Shown here: positions 27,801-36,908 of the stretch, piece after piece
Layout of the letters: the number at the start of each line of letters is the position of its first letter
How positions within the stretch are numbered: the stretch's first letter is position 1
Origin: a virus
DNA length: 64,000 nt
Virus record (IMG/VR): IMGVR_UViG_3300046168_000072
Coordinates: 32,001 to 96,000 of that record
Reading direction: 5' to 3' (one strand)
Made by a program: the position numbers and the translations under genes
The notes under the pieces: model-generated
What the model was told of the DNA's origin: nothing
What the model saw: only the letters and a program-made list of their open reading frames with translations
Databases searched by the model: none

Positions 27801-30800
27801 AAATATTGCATTACTTCCCGTTGAATCATTTTTAAAATATGCCATACGAGAATGCCCATCATATTCATGAAACGTATACTTGATTAAATCAGTTGATTGG
27901 GGACCTGAAAATTCATAGAACCGCCCCACAACAGGTGAACCTAGGCCATTTTTTACAACAATCATATCTGGTAGCGTTCCTGCAAAATTAGACGTCTCTA
28001 TAATTTGTAAGTTTTTACCTATACCGCCGCTTCCGCCACCTGCTGGCAAATCAACATACTCTATCGTTTGTCCGTCATCACTGACTTTCAAGTATTGGCC
28101 CGAACCTTCGGTTAAAGTGCTTGGGGTATCAGTTAAACCTGCAAAAGTCGAGGATCCTCCGCCGCCTGCAGAACCTCCGCCAAGATAAATTGCTCTGTTA
28201 GCATCTATAAATTCTTTTAATGTTGGCTTGTTGGTTATTGCAGATGGAATTTTAGAAAAGTCTATACTTGTACTTGAATTGTCAACCTCGACATATGAAT
28301 CCCAGGTTCCATTGGCATTGTTTTCAAAATTAATGCTATATCTTTCTGATCCACCTATGTTCATTTCATATTGGATAAGTTCACTCGGTGTTGACCTTCC
28401 AAAAAAACCTTCAAAAGTAAAAAATCTTGTTTGGATTTTGGATAAATTAGTACCTCTTAATATTGGAACATTAATTTTGTCAGGAATAATTTCGGAAAAG
28501 TTACTTTTTGCGATTACGTCAGCATCAGATCCTATTCCACCGACGGATCCTCCTCCGCCTCCACCAGCAGACTTTGATACAGACAAAAAGCTAAAATTAT
28601 CATCTATTGCCCATGATAGACTGGTATTGTTAGAGTATACTCTGCATCTCAAATAAAGAAAATCACCTTGATCCAAAGATAAATTATCAAGATATAAATG
28701 ATTATTTAATGTTGTTCCATTGCCTGTATCTTTTGCTTCTCTAGTTTCTTGTATTAATACATTTGTACCATCGGCCTTAATGAGTTGCAGAACTGTATGA
28801 AGAAAGCTTACATTATCCCTCCAGAGATTATTGCCTGCTGTTACTGGACGTATATTAAATGATACATCATACAAACCATCCTCTGGCACTAATATTCCGA
28901 CTGTGTTTTGAGTGGTATCTGTGTGTATCCAATTTTTAGAATCAGTTGCTAATTGGTTAATGTCTAAATCGACATCTGCTTCGGGATGCGCAATGCTTGA
29001 GCTTGATGAAACTTGAGCCCTACAAAATTCATAATTAGAAGAATCACCGCCGACTCCTCCTCCGACTGACCCTTCAGTAGTCACATAATAATCAAATTCT
29101 ACTCCATTAAAATTCAGATGAGTATCATTAGCATTACTTCCATTTGCAACTTTAAATCCATTCTGAACTATGATTGAGGAGGTGTCAAATGTTCTAAAAG
29201 TGTCATGCGATCCATCAATAGCTCTCCATGAATAAAATGTATCAGGCTTATCTTTTAACATTATCGCATGAGCCTTGTGGTCGTTTCTTCCAAATATTTC
29301 CACGCGAACTGGAGTAAATCCAAGATCTATGGTTTGTTCCCCGTTATTGGCAACACTATTTCCTGTATATGTTCCTTTTTGAATTATGGCCTCTCCTCCG
29401 CCTCCTCCGCCACCATAATAAATCGCACGATTATTTTCAATAAACCATTTTAATGAATTTGTGGCGCTTGGTACATCTTGAAAGTTTGTATGGCTACTGT
29501 ACAATTGTGAGTAATCACCATTTGAGTTGTTGTTGAATGCAAATCCTAAAAATACACCTCCTTGATTTATATCTCTACATTCATAAAATATATCATTGTC
29601 AACACCATTTGTTGAATGCGGTTCATGTACAAATTTTAAATGCAATATTGCTTCTGATCTGTCAGCTGCTTCTGTGCTTATTGGAGAATGAGGCCATACA
29701 ATTGCATCAGGTAAATCCGTGTAAAAATTAGATTTATCTTGAATAACTCGCAAAGAACTTGCACTTCCACCACTTAAAGATCCGCCACTTAAAGATCCGC
29801 CTCCACCAAAATATAATGCTCGACCATTATTTATAATATCCTGCAGGTTACTGTCGTCTGGGTGCAATATATGATTTGTATTTGTAAGAGTATTCTGTAA
29901 ACTTCCAGACACATCATCAATAAAGCTAAAAATTTTACTGGATCCATCTGAATTCTGCTGTCCATTATGATACTGGATTATGTGTGGGTCTTGGGTTGTA
30001 ATAACAGCTTTTAAATCGTAAACTCTTGGATTATCGTTTTCAACAATAATGGCGTCAGGTACTTTTTCAGTAAAAGTCTCTATAAAGCTTTTGATGTATG
30101 AGTTATTTTCAGCAGCCCCGACATCACTACTTCCGCCGCCTCCTCCGCCTCCAGCAGGCATATCAACCCACTCTAATCCATCAGCAGTTGATTGTAAAAT
30201 TTTACCATCATCGTAAACATTTGGAGTATCAGATAAGCCAGTAAAAGTTAAAGAGCTACCATTAACTGGATAAATCTTTTCCCAGTTTCCAGCATGCGCC
30301 ATATAAGCAGCGCCCTCACTATGAACATGTGCAAACATGCCATGATGCTCGGAGGCAGAAGGAAGGTCGGAAATCGTTGAATAAGCAAGCCAATCTATTT
30401 CTTGAGAAGATATTTGCCCGCTTAAAGAACTATACTGAACTGCATCTTCACTATTATTAACTTGCAAAAATTTACCAGAACCGCCGACATAAGAAGTAGG
30501 TGTGTCAAATAAACCAGTGATTGATAATATGTCTCTGTCTCCACCTAAATCTAAAACAGTAACATCTGTTTGAGCGTATTCAAAAGTAGTAGCAGATTGT
30601 GATTCTCCAACATAACTTACAACTTTAAAAGTCATTTGGTTTTGACTTTGTACTGCAGTTTTAACAGAGCCTCTAGCTCCTCCCTGATCGTTTCCAACGA
30701 TTGAACCAGCATAATTTGATCTAGACTCAAAGCGCTGTCCTACATAATCGCCAGCAGTAAACTCAATGCCAATTCTTGTTTGTTTTGATCTAAAAACACC

Positions 30801-32924
30801 GCCTTCTGCATTTATTAAATACTTTCCAGCTGGCAGCGTAATTTCATTGTTGCTCAAACTTAAATTTTTAATTCCTGAATGACCTTGCAATTGCGTAATT
30901 TGACGATCATTCCATCCTTGTTGTGGTTGAGCGGTTTCGAGACCAATCAAAACTGTTGCGCCGCCAAACCCAACGAAAGAACCTGTTCCAAAAAGAGGGT
31001 TTACAAATTCAAGGCTATTTTCGGCAGCATTTACTTGCAAATATTTTCCAGAATGACCAACAAAAGAAGATGGCGTATCAGTTAAACCAGTAAAATCAAC
31101 AATTGGATCAGGCAAATTAGCGTATTCTATCCCGCTTTCATCGTCTGAGACTTTCATAAACTTACCAGAAGCACCTGCATAAGAAGTGGGAGTGTCAACT
31201 AACCCACTAAATGAAAAATTAGGCACAGTTGGAAAAATTTGCACCCAATCGTTTCCATGAGCTATATAAGCGGAACCAGAATTACCTCCTAGCTCGTCTA
31301 TAGATACATAAGCAAACATTCCTGGATGATTGCTAGCATTAGGCAAATCGCCCCTTCTTAAATAACTATTCCAAGATATTTCTTGCGAAGAAATTTCTCC
31401 GCTAATATCAATAAATTCAACACCATCTTCAGTGTTATTAATTCTTAAATATTTACCAGAAGAATTAACATAACTTGTAGGGGTATCATTTAAGCCTGTA
31501 AAATCAACAGAAGGAGAAGGAATATCAACATACTCAACAGCATTCGCGGCATTATTAATTTTTAAAAATTTATCTGCAGCAAAAGAACTTGGAGTGTCGG
31601 AAAGACCAGTAAAAGAAACAAGTCCATTATTGATATCTGCATATTCAATTCCAACATGAGTAGAGCGCAAAAACTTGTTTGATTCATATCCGCTTGGGGT
31701 ATCTTTTAATCCAGTAAAGTATTCTGAGCCAGTAAAATTATAAGTGACATCTCCACCTCCAGGAGCAACAGGATTCCAGGCCAAGGTATTTTGATCGGTG
31801 AGTTGTAAATAACCACTCGTAATCGGAGTACTGGGTCTGTCATCAACGTCTTCCAAAAACTTGACGCCTGTAAATTCTAGGCCATCTCCAGCTTGATTAC
31901 CTCTGACAAATTTGACTGAAGTAATATTAGAAGGTGTGTCCGTCAAGCCAGTAAAATCAAAAACTGGATCGTCAATAGGGACAAATTCAAGCCCAGTTTC
32001 ATTCGCTTGCAAGTATTGCCCAGAAACATAACCAGTTGGAAATCCTTGTATGCCAGTTAAATTAAGTCCAGTAATTAATTCATAGTTTCCAATGATTCCG
32101 CTCGTTAAATTATCATAAGAAGTGTTTGCTTGAAAAGAATTTAAAAGGCTGAGATCTCTTAAGGCCTTGTCTCCGATGACTAAATCAGCTTTAGATCTAA
32201 TACTTTCTAATACATTATAGATAGCATCAAAACTAAAAAAACTTTTGTTATTATATAGGTCTTGGGCCGCTAAATAATTTTTAGCAACTAACTGATTTGA
32301 AAAATTATATAAATTATGTTCTCCATCAACAACTATTTCATTAAAAAATCGAGCATCATTAGATACAGCAATTGTTAAATAAGAAGTTGAATCTTTGATA
32401 TTATTTAAGGCATTAAAAAGATCATCAGGAGTTTTTAAAATTGTTTGAAAATTATCGCTGGCAATATATAAGTCTTGGCGTACAGGAACAAAATAAACAT
32501 CTTTAAAATAATAATCTATTCCACCAAAATTAACTATAAAATCATCCCAATGCGACAAAACTGCTGTAACATAATTAATTTCAGTATCACGATCATTTAA
32601 TCCAATAGTCCATGTAACGTCTTTGGTAAAACCAAAAGATGAATATTGCTTGGTTTTTGTTGTATCGCTTGGATTAGCTGGATTTAAAAAATTAATCCAA
32701 TCAGTATTTGGTGCTGTTTCTGGAGCTTTAAATTCATCTTTATTAAACTCTTGTAGTATAACACTTGATTGAAGAGTGCCAATATCACCACTGGAATAAT
32801 ACGGGACTGGATTACCTTCCGAATCTCGAGCGCCAATATTTTCCTGCCCCGTAACCTTTCCCAAATAAAATTTAGGAATATTAAGAGCAGAATCGGTATT
32901 ATCGAATCCAGTTATTATAGACAT
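24882..32924 (-). CDS. Giant modular tail-fibre/adhesin protein (2680 aa) with two C-terminal LamG/ConA-like domains
   Basis: About 10 FTGLxDTP...GKYL.V....GLEF fibre repeats, two HGMFA motifs, six LPD modules; FT(I/V)E.W...W.H.A...LYV.G...D.RISK.AVYT.NF LamG signatures twice. Confidence 0.82.
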   Translation of the reverse strand: MSIITGFDNTDSALNIPKFYLGKVTGQENIGARDSEGNPVPYYSSGDIGTLQSSVILQEFNKDEFKAPETAPNTDWINFLNPANPSDTTKTKQYSSFGFTKDVTWTIGLNDRDTEINYVTAVLSHWDDFIVNFGGIDYYFKDVYFVPVRQDLYIASDNFQTILKTPDDLFNALNNIKDSTSYLTIAVSNDARFFNEIVVDGEHNLYNFSNQLVAKNYLAAQDLYNNKSFFSFDAIYNVLESIRSKADLVIGDKALRDLSLLNSFQANTSYDNLTSGIIGNYELITGLNLTGIQGFPTGYVSGQYLQANETGLEFVPIDDPVFDFTGLTDTPSNITSVKFVRGNQAGDGLEFTGVKFLEDVDDRPSTPITSGYLQLTDQNTLAWNPVAPGGGDVTYNFTGSEYFTGLKDTPSGYESNKFLRSTHVGIEYADINNGLVSFTGLSDTPSSFAADKFLKINNAANAVEYVDIPSPSVDFTGLNDTPTSYVNSSGKYLRINNTEDGVEFIDISGEISSQEISWNSYLRRGDLPNASNHPGMFAYVSIDELGGNSGSAYIAHGNDWVQIFPTVPNFSFSGLVDTPTSYAGASGKFMKVSDDESGIEYANLPDPIVDFTGLTDTPSSFVGHSGKYLQVNAAENSLEFVNPLFGTGSFVGFGGATVLIGLETAQPQQGWNDRQITQLQGHSGIKNLSLSNNEITLPAGKYLINAEGGVFRSKQTRIGIEFTAGDYVGQRFESRSNYAGSIVGNDQGGARGSVKTAVQSQNQMTFKVVSYVGESQSATTFEYAQTDVTVLDLGGDRDILSITGLFDTPTSYVGGSGKFLQVNNSEDAVQYSSLSGQISSQEIDWLAYSTISDLPSASEHHGMFAHVHSEGAAYMAHAGNWEKIYPVNGSSLTFTGLSDTPNVYDDGKILQSTADGLEWVDMPAGGGGGGGSSDVGAAENNSYIKSFIETFTEKVPDAIIVENDNPRVYDLKAVITTQDPHIIQYHNGQQNSDGSSKIFSFIDDVSGSLQNTLTNTNHILHPDDSNLQDIINNGRALYFGGGGSLSGGSLSGGSASSLRVIQDKSNFYTDLPDAIVWPHSPISTEAADRSEAILHLKFVHEPHSTNGVDNDIFYECRDINQGGVFLGFAFNNNSNGDYSQLYSSHTNFQDVPSATNSLKWFIENNRAIYYGGGGGGGEAIIQKGTYTGNSVANNGEQTIDLGFTPVRVEIFGRNDHKAHAIMLKDKPDTFYSWRAIDGSHDTFRTFDTSSIIVQNGFKVANGSNANDTHLNFNGVEFDYYVTTEGSVGGGVGGDSSNYEFCRAQVSSSSSIAHPEADVDLDINQLATDSKNWIHTDTTQNTVGILVPEDGLYDVSFNIRPVTAGNNLWRDNVSFLHTVLQLIKADGTNVLIQETREAKDTGNGTTLNNHLYLDNLSLDQGDFLYLRCRVYSNNTSLSWAIDDNFSFLSVSKSAGGGGGGSVGGIGSDADVIAKSNFSEIIPDKINVPILRGTNLSKIQTRFFTFEGFFGRSTPSELIQYEMNIGGSERYSINFENNANGTWDSYVEVDNSSTSIDFSKIPSAITNKPTLKEFIDANRAIYLGGGSAGGGGSSTFAGLTDTPSTLTEGSGQYLKVSDDGQTIEYVDLPAGGGSGGIGKNLQIIETSNFAGTLPDMIVVKNGLGSPVVGRFYEFSGPQSTDLIKYTFHEYDGHSRMAYFKNDSTGSNAIFNGQFTSENASYYNNATSLQEVIDNGHAIYFGGDGSSSGGSSPISAVNQIQDNIDNIPLIGSGVQIPDAILIKDINATTTNGNDHLIQLDFAAWVTSYNSNGDVTSQQFSYETNNLISKRWYIRFDSVDGSHLSISADQHVRKEFDSIQEYISSGRALYFGAGGGSSTFAGLTDTPSALTEGSGQYLKVSDDGQTIEYVDLPAGGGDGSSPSTGSSLNNNDYIKDFSNFSGELPDSIIIRGAASTLDQVLAGRFYYINGTSSTDQIFYDFLNWRVGFNNDASGTNGSFYNRDSNTLLAGNSTWEFFDGASSLQDIIDNGDAIYYGGSSSSSDGADSVDDITDLPDNPVDGQLVTVGCDLYIGCNGEWVKVGADTVAPPSEAPACVSNLEEYNQYTEYKDQFLADNASTSFSAGLNNQTNIHDFVHDVCLFADSNLNQERNTVVIDETTFKWGMFAGDQNINIRAQAFSGPNIGSCTFKEWRSDLPNFPKTNAQETVFIDRDASITGYFECTLAPDQPNCNQVALHLQPAAGETIADKSDNQHAVTTVGDTVVDNTATLFGGGTMNFDGNGDALSVGDNTTFKWINNYSSPFTIECWVFVDAITTDWLGRRFIPLLSTSAATSSSHGFKLGVNAQGFIFIIYNGSGQNVGVGHIVNDADILNKWVHLAATWDGKTMCLYVDGSQKDTSTPAAVPVNNENSNNMLKIGHQTHSAPANTIPHFDGKMQDIRISKKAVYTGNFTPPANLLANPCGFPGDQPTCSEVDFHLQASSGGTVEDKSDNNRTITNPNNVSNQSFIDNSETLFGESTLFFSTSRLLHFYPANFGSNDFTVEFWIKYDSPITTSTKDIIVTKGRDPTSTIELSITLNQDKLRLLNNLVLESTNTGMASVLNNWTHIAAVRSGNSIYLYVNGQREIDVAINGSVYASPYELEIGNKSSSGGWTNNLKHMQDFRISKKAVYTSNFVPAAALLDNPC

Positions 32925-33892
32925 TAGTTATGATATTGAACAGTGAAAGTTACTGATGTGCCTGCAAGCAATCCCTGACTCGGAGTTTCAAACGGACTCT
33001 GATAGTTAAGGACATGCTCTAAATTAACACTCGTTGATGAAGCTTTTTCTAAACGAGCTAAACCATCGCTGCTTGAAGCGGAATAAGAATCAGGATTAGG
33101 ATATGTCGATGGATAGTTTACCCAAATATTTCCTTGAGGACTAGAGTTGCTGATAATTGTAAAATCAGTAAATCCAAAAGCAGATGGACGATAATCAGTT
33201 CCACCAATACTTGCCAAGGATTTTTCTAAAGTTGAAATTTCTCCACTAATCGTAATTTGTTGTGTCGTTGGAGCTGCAGTCGTAGTCGTACTTGTTGTAG
33301 TTGTTGGAAAAGCTGTTGTAGTACTCGTAGTTGTTGGAAAAGCTGTTGTAGTACTCGTAGTTGTTGGAAAAGCTGTTGTAGTACTCGTGGTTGTTGGAAA
33401 AGCTGTTGTAGTACTCGTAGTTGTTGGAAAAGCTGTTGTAGTACTCGTAGTTGTTGGAAAAGCTGTTGTAGTACTCGTGGTTGTTGGAAAAGCTGTTGTA
33501 GTACTCGTAGTTGTTGGAAAAGCTGTTGTAGTACTCGTAGTTGTTGGAAAAGCTGTTGTAGTACTCGTAGTTGTTGGAGCCGCTGTAGTAGTCGGTGCCT
33601 GTGTTGTAGGTGCCTGAGTAGTAGGTGCCTGAGTTGTAGGTGCCTGAGTCGTTGGAGTAGCTGTTGTAGTAGTCGTAGTTATCCCTGGAAAAGCTCCATC
33701 AATTATGTGTCCTTGATTATTAACCTGTACAGAAATCACTCCAGCATTACCAGATACGCTAGATATAGAATACCATAAATTATTACCGCTCCAAGTGTCA
33801 GTAAGTTGTGCGTCAACATACAAGCCAGTCAATGGGAAGTTATTGTTTTCTATTGCTCCTGAAACGTCAAAATATAATTGTGTATTGTTCAT
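32924..33892 (-). CDS. Mucin-like Thr/Pro-rich virion-type protein (322 aa)
   Basis: Central TTQAP and TTTSTTTAFP x9 between small globular ends; coupled to the giant fibre gene. Confidence 0.75.
   Translation of the reverse strand: MNNTQLYFDVSGAIENNNFPLTGLYVDAQLTDTWSGNNLWYSISSVSGNAGVISVQVNNQGHIIDGAFPGITTTTTTATPTTQAPTTQAPTTQAPTTQAPTTTAAPTTTSTTTAFPTTTSTTTAFPTTTSTTTAFPTTTSTTTAFPTTTSTTTAFPTTTSTTTAFPTTTSTTTAFPTTTSTTTAFPTTTSTTTAFPTTTTSTTTTAAPTTQQITISGEISTLEKSLASIGGTDYRPSAFGFTDFTIISNSSPQGNIWVNYPSTYPNPDSYSASSSDGLARLEKASSTSVNLEHVLNYQSPFETPSQGLLAGTSVTFTVQYHN
33297..33580 (-). repeat. 30-bp coding tandem repeat x9 (TTTSTTTAFP)
   Basis: TTGTTGGAAAAGCTGTTGTAGTACTCGTAG units, contiguous. Confidence 0.95.
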
Positions 33893-33904
33893 CTTTAAAT
33901 TGTT

Positions 33905-35422
33905 TTATTCATTTGATTGGTAATAAATTTCTGTAGAAGTATTTGAAAAGTTTTCGGTAGCAGAACCCTGACCTTCTTGAGCATGAGTATAATAAGCACG
34001 GCTATAATATATTGAAAAATTAGTTGCATCAAAGTTTGGAACAGTATCTCCTTGGCCTGCTACAGCCTGAGTAAAATAACCCTGAATAGTAGGCGCCTGA
34101 GTCGTTGGTGCCTGTGTTGTAGGTGCCTGAGTCGTTGGAGCTGCTGTAGTAGGTGCCTGTGTTGTAGGTGCCTGAGTCGTTGGAGCTGCTGTAGTAGGTG
34201 CCTGTGTTGTAGGTGCCTGAGTCGTTGGTGCCTGAGTCGTTGGTGCCTGAGTCGTTGGTGCCTGAGTTGTAGGTGCCTGAGTCGTTGGTGCCTGTGTTGT
34301 AGGTGCCTGAGTCGTTGGTGCCTGTGTTGTAGGTGCCTGAGTCGTTGGAGCTGCTGTAGTAGGTGCCTGTGTTGTAGGTGCCTGAGTCGTTGGTGCCTGA
34401 GTTGTAGGTGCCTGAGTCGTTGGTGCCTGAGTCGTTGGTGCCTGTGTTGTAGGTGCCTGAGTCGTTGGTGCCTGAGTTGTAGGTGCCTGAGTTGTAGGCG
34501 CCTGAGTCGTTGGTGCCTGTGTTGTAGGTGCCTGTGTTGTAGGTGCCTGAGTCGTTGGTGCCTGTGTTGTAGGCGCCTGAGTCGTTGGAGCTGCTGTAGT
34601 AGGTGCCTGAGTTGTAGGCGCCTGAGTCGTTGGTGCCTGTGTTGTAGGTGCCTGTGTTGTAGGTGCCTGAGTCGTTGGAGCTGCTGTAGTAGGTGCCTGA
34701 GTTGTAGGCGCCTGAGTCGTTGGTGCCTGTGTTGTAGGTGCCTGTGTTGTAGGTGCCTGTGTTGTAGGTGCCTGAGTTGTAGGCGCCTGAGTCGTTGGTG
34801 CCTGTGTTGTAGGTGCCTGTGTTGTAGGTGCCTGAGTCGTTGGAGCTGCTGTAGTAGGTGCCTGAGTCGTTGGAGCTGCTGTAGTAGGTGCCTGTGTTGT
34901 AGGTGCCTGAGTCGTTGGTGCCTGAGTCGTTGGTGCCTGAGTCGTTGGTGCCTGTGTTGTAGGTGCTATCGTTGTGGTTGTCGTTGTAGTAGTGACAGGG
35001 ATAATACCCTCTCTAATGTCTAAATTAACAGTAAAGCAACCTTTCAATAAAGTATATACAAGTGCGTCATCGTTTCTATGAACAACACTTATGCCATAAA
35101 AATAAGTTCCCTCTAATAAATCTTTAGTATCATTATGCAAAAGCACCACACGCGCCTTGCCTTCTGAAGAATTTAATAAAGTAATTCCTCCTGAAGTGCC
35201 TGTAGGAGGATGCTCACTATCTTTTAAAATAACAGCTTTAGAATCAGGATGAATATCCTTTTTCTTGATTGTAAAAAATACTAAATAGTTATCTAAATTA
35301 AGAGCTTGGCCATCTAAATCAAGATCTAAATCAAAAGAAACAGCATCACCACGATATATCGACAAGCAATCGTTTAAAGGCTTGACGCATGGTGTGGGGC
35401 ATGAGTTTTTGATATCAGACAT
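33905..35422 (-). CDS. Mucin-like protein: N-terminal BppU/Ig-like anchor domain plus ~290 aa TTQAP repeat
   Basis: IYRGD...LNL..Y.V.FTIK...G...V.L...T..L..G.Y.Y pattern typical of phage baseplate-upper-like domains. Confidence 0.72.
   Translation of the reverse strand: MSDIKNSCPTPCVKPLNDCLSIYRGDAVSFDLDLDLDGQALNLDNYLVFFTIKKKDIHPDSKAVILKDSEHPPTGTSGGITLLNSSEGKARVVLLHNDTKDLLEGTYFYGISVVHRNDDALVYTLLKGCFTVNLDIREGIIPVTTTTTTTTIAPTTQAPTTQAPTTQAPTTQAPTTQAPTTAAPTTQAPTTAAPTTQAPTTQAPTTQAPTTQAPTTQAPTTQAPTTQAPTTQAPTTQAPTTQAPTTAAPTTQAPTTQAPTTQAPTTQAPTTQAPTTAAPTTQAPTTQAPTTQAPTTQAPTTQAPTTQAPTTQAPTTQAPTTQAPTTQAPTTQAPTTQAPTTQAPTTQAPTTQAPTTAAPTTQAPTTQAPTTQAPTTQAPTTQAPTTQAPTTQAPTTQAPTTQAPTTQAPTTAAPTTQAPTTQAPTTAAPTTQAPTTQAPTTQAPTIQGYFTQAVAGQGDTVPNFDATNFSIYYSRAYYTHAQEGQGSATENFSNTSTEIYYQSNE
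34087..34966 (-). repeat. 15-bp coding tandem repeat, ~58 units (TTQAP/TTAAP)
   Basis: A few alternating codon variants of the GGTGCCTG-containing 15-mer; no spacers. Confidence 0.95.
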
Positions 35423-35431
35423 ACCAAGACC

Positions 35432-35782
35432 TTAACGAAGGTGACTTTCGTTTATAATAAAATTGTAATCGCCGCCTTCTATTTTAGGCCTTGCGTATTT
35501 ATAGTGCCAACTATTTGAATAGGTTATTTCAGATTCATCAACATTTGCGAAATTAGCACTAAATAATTCAGACCAATTATCTCCATCGTTAGAAACGTCT
35601 ATCTTAAAATCTCCACTTGCTAAATTACCACCAACTGGCACAATTTGATAGCTATGCCAAGAAAAATCTCTTACTAAAACCGATTCTCCAGTTAAATTTG
35701 TGTTGCCGCTTGTCTGAACTGCGAAAGTTCCAGCAGGTATTTCATCTGCTTTACCTATATAACGAATATGTTTATTTTTCAT
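35432..35782 (-). CDS. Hypothetical beta-rich structural protein
   Basis: 116 aa; KIDVSNDGDNW motif of discoidin/jelly-roll-like phage proteins; GTGTA upstream. Confidence 0.55.
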   Translation of the reverse strand: MKNKHIRYIGKADEIPAGTFAVQTSGNTNLTGESVLVRDFSWHSYQIVPVGGNLASGDFKIDVSNDGDNWSELFSANFANVDESEITYSNSWHYKYARPKIEGGDYNFIINESHLR

Positions 35783-35843
35783 CCTAATGATATATTATTC
35801 ATTAGGAAATACACTTAATTTTAAAGTTTTGGAGCTTTAAATT

Positions 35844-36857
35844 TTAAAAATCGTCCTCTAGATTTCCAGATTGCTGATATTCTCTCACTCTTCTTTCAAA
35901 GAAGTTGCCCATTGCTTGAACGTCTACAACTTCACTTAACCAAGGAAATGGATTTTTATCACTAGGAAAGCGATAGTCTAAACCAATACCTTCTAATCTT
36001 CTATTACCAATATAATGCATATAATCAACAAACATTTCTGCATTTAAACCCAAAATTCCTGTTGGTAACACATCATGAGCGTATGCAATCTCAAGCTCAA
36101 CAGCCTTTTTCATATGTTCAACGAACTCATTTTGTATTTCTTCAGTCCAGATTTCGGGGTTTTGTTCAATTAATGTATTAATTAAATATGTACCAAATGC
36201 AATGTGAGAACTTTCATCTCTTAATGTATATTTAATTTGATCTGACACGCCTTGGAGTTTATTTTGTCTACCAAGGGCAAGAAGCATAGCAAATCCACTG
36301 AAGAAAAATGTACCTTCGCATACAATCCAGTATGTTAAAAAGTTACGAAGGATTTCTTGTTTACCCTCTATGCTTTGCGGATCAAAATCCTGACGACTAA
36401 TATCATCAGTGATGCTCATTAGAAAATCGTCTTTCGCTTTAATGCTAGGGATGGTTTCGTAAGCTTTGAATACTTCGTCTATCTCTAAGTCTAGACTATC
36501 GCATACATATACTACGGTAAGATTGTGAAGGCTTTCTTCAAACGCTTGACGCAAAATATACTGACGACACTCAGCATCCGTAACGTATCGAAAAGCAGAA
36601 AGAAGCAAGTTATTACCAACGAGAGACTCACTTCCCGCAAAAAAGCCAAGGCAACGTTTAACCAAGAGTTTTTCATCTTCTGTGATTTCATTGTTTTTCC
36701 ATTGTTTGATATCTTCTTGCATGCCAATTTCTGTAGGCATCCAGTTGTTCGCACAACTTTTTAAAAATAAATCCCATGCGTATTTGTGTTTGTGGGGTAG
36801 TATTCTATTTACTCCTGCGATGTTATTACTTAGTAGTTCTCCTGTTTTATCACTCAT
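35844..36857 (-). CDS. nrdB: Ribonucleotide reductase beta subunit, class Ic (R2c)-type
   Basis: NWMPTE, GSESLVGNN, RQAFEESLHNLTV, EG.FFFSGF, RDESSH, NPFPW, NFFERRV.EY. Confidence 0.93.
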   Translation of the reverse strand: MSDKTGELLSNNIAGVNRILPHKHKYAWDLFLKSCANNWMPTEIGMQEDIKQWKNNEITEDEKLLVKRCLGFFAGSESLVGNNLLLSAFRYVTDAECRQYILRQAFEESLHNLTVVYVCDSLDLEIDEVFKAYETIPSIKAKDDFLMSITDDISRQDFDPQSIEGKQEILRNFLTYWIVCEGTFFFSGFAMLLALGRQNKLQGVSDQIKYTLRDESSHIAFGTYLINTLIEQNPEIWTEEIQNEFVEHMKKAVELEIAYAHDVLPTGILGLNAEMFVDYMHYIGNRRLEGIGLDYRFPSDKNPFPWLSEVVDVQAMGNFFERRVREYQQSGNLEDDF

Positions 36858-36872
36858 AATATATGTATAACG

Positions 36873-36901
36873 ATAATACCACGGAACTAGATCTGTGTCA
36901 A
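36873..36901 (-). promoter_or_regulatory. sigma70-type promoter for nrdB
   Basis: TTGACA-N17-TATTAT with extended TG. Confidence 0.7.
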
Positions 36902-36908
36902 CTAAATT

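Noticed and set aside
33257-35023. Plus-strand Cys/Arg- or Val-rich ORFs and possible CRISPR-like repeats
   Set aside because: Antisense shadows of the minus-strand Thr/Pro coding repeats; no spacers.
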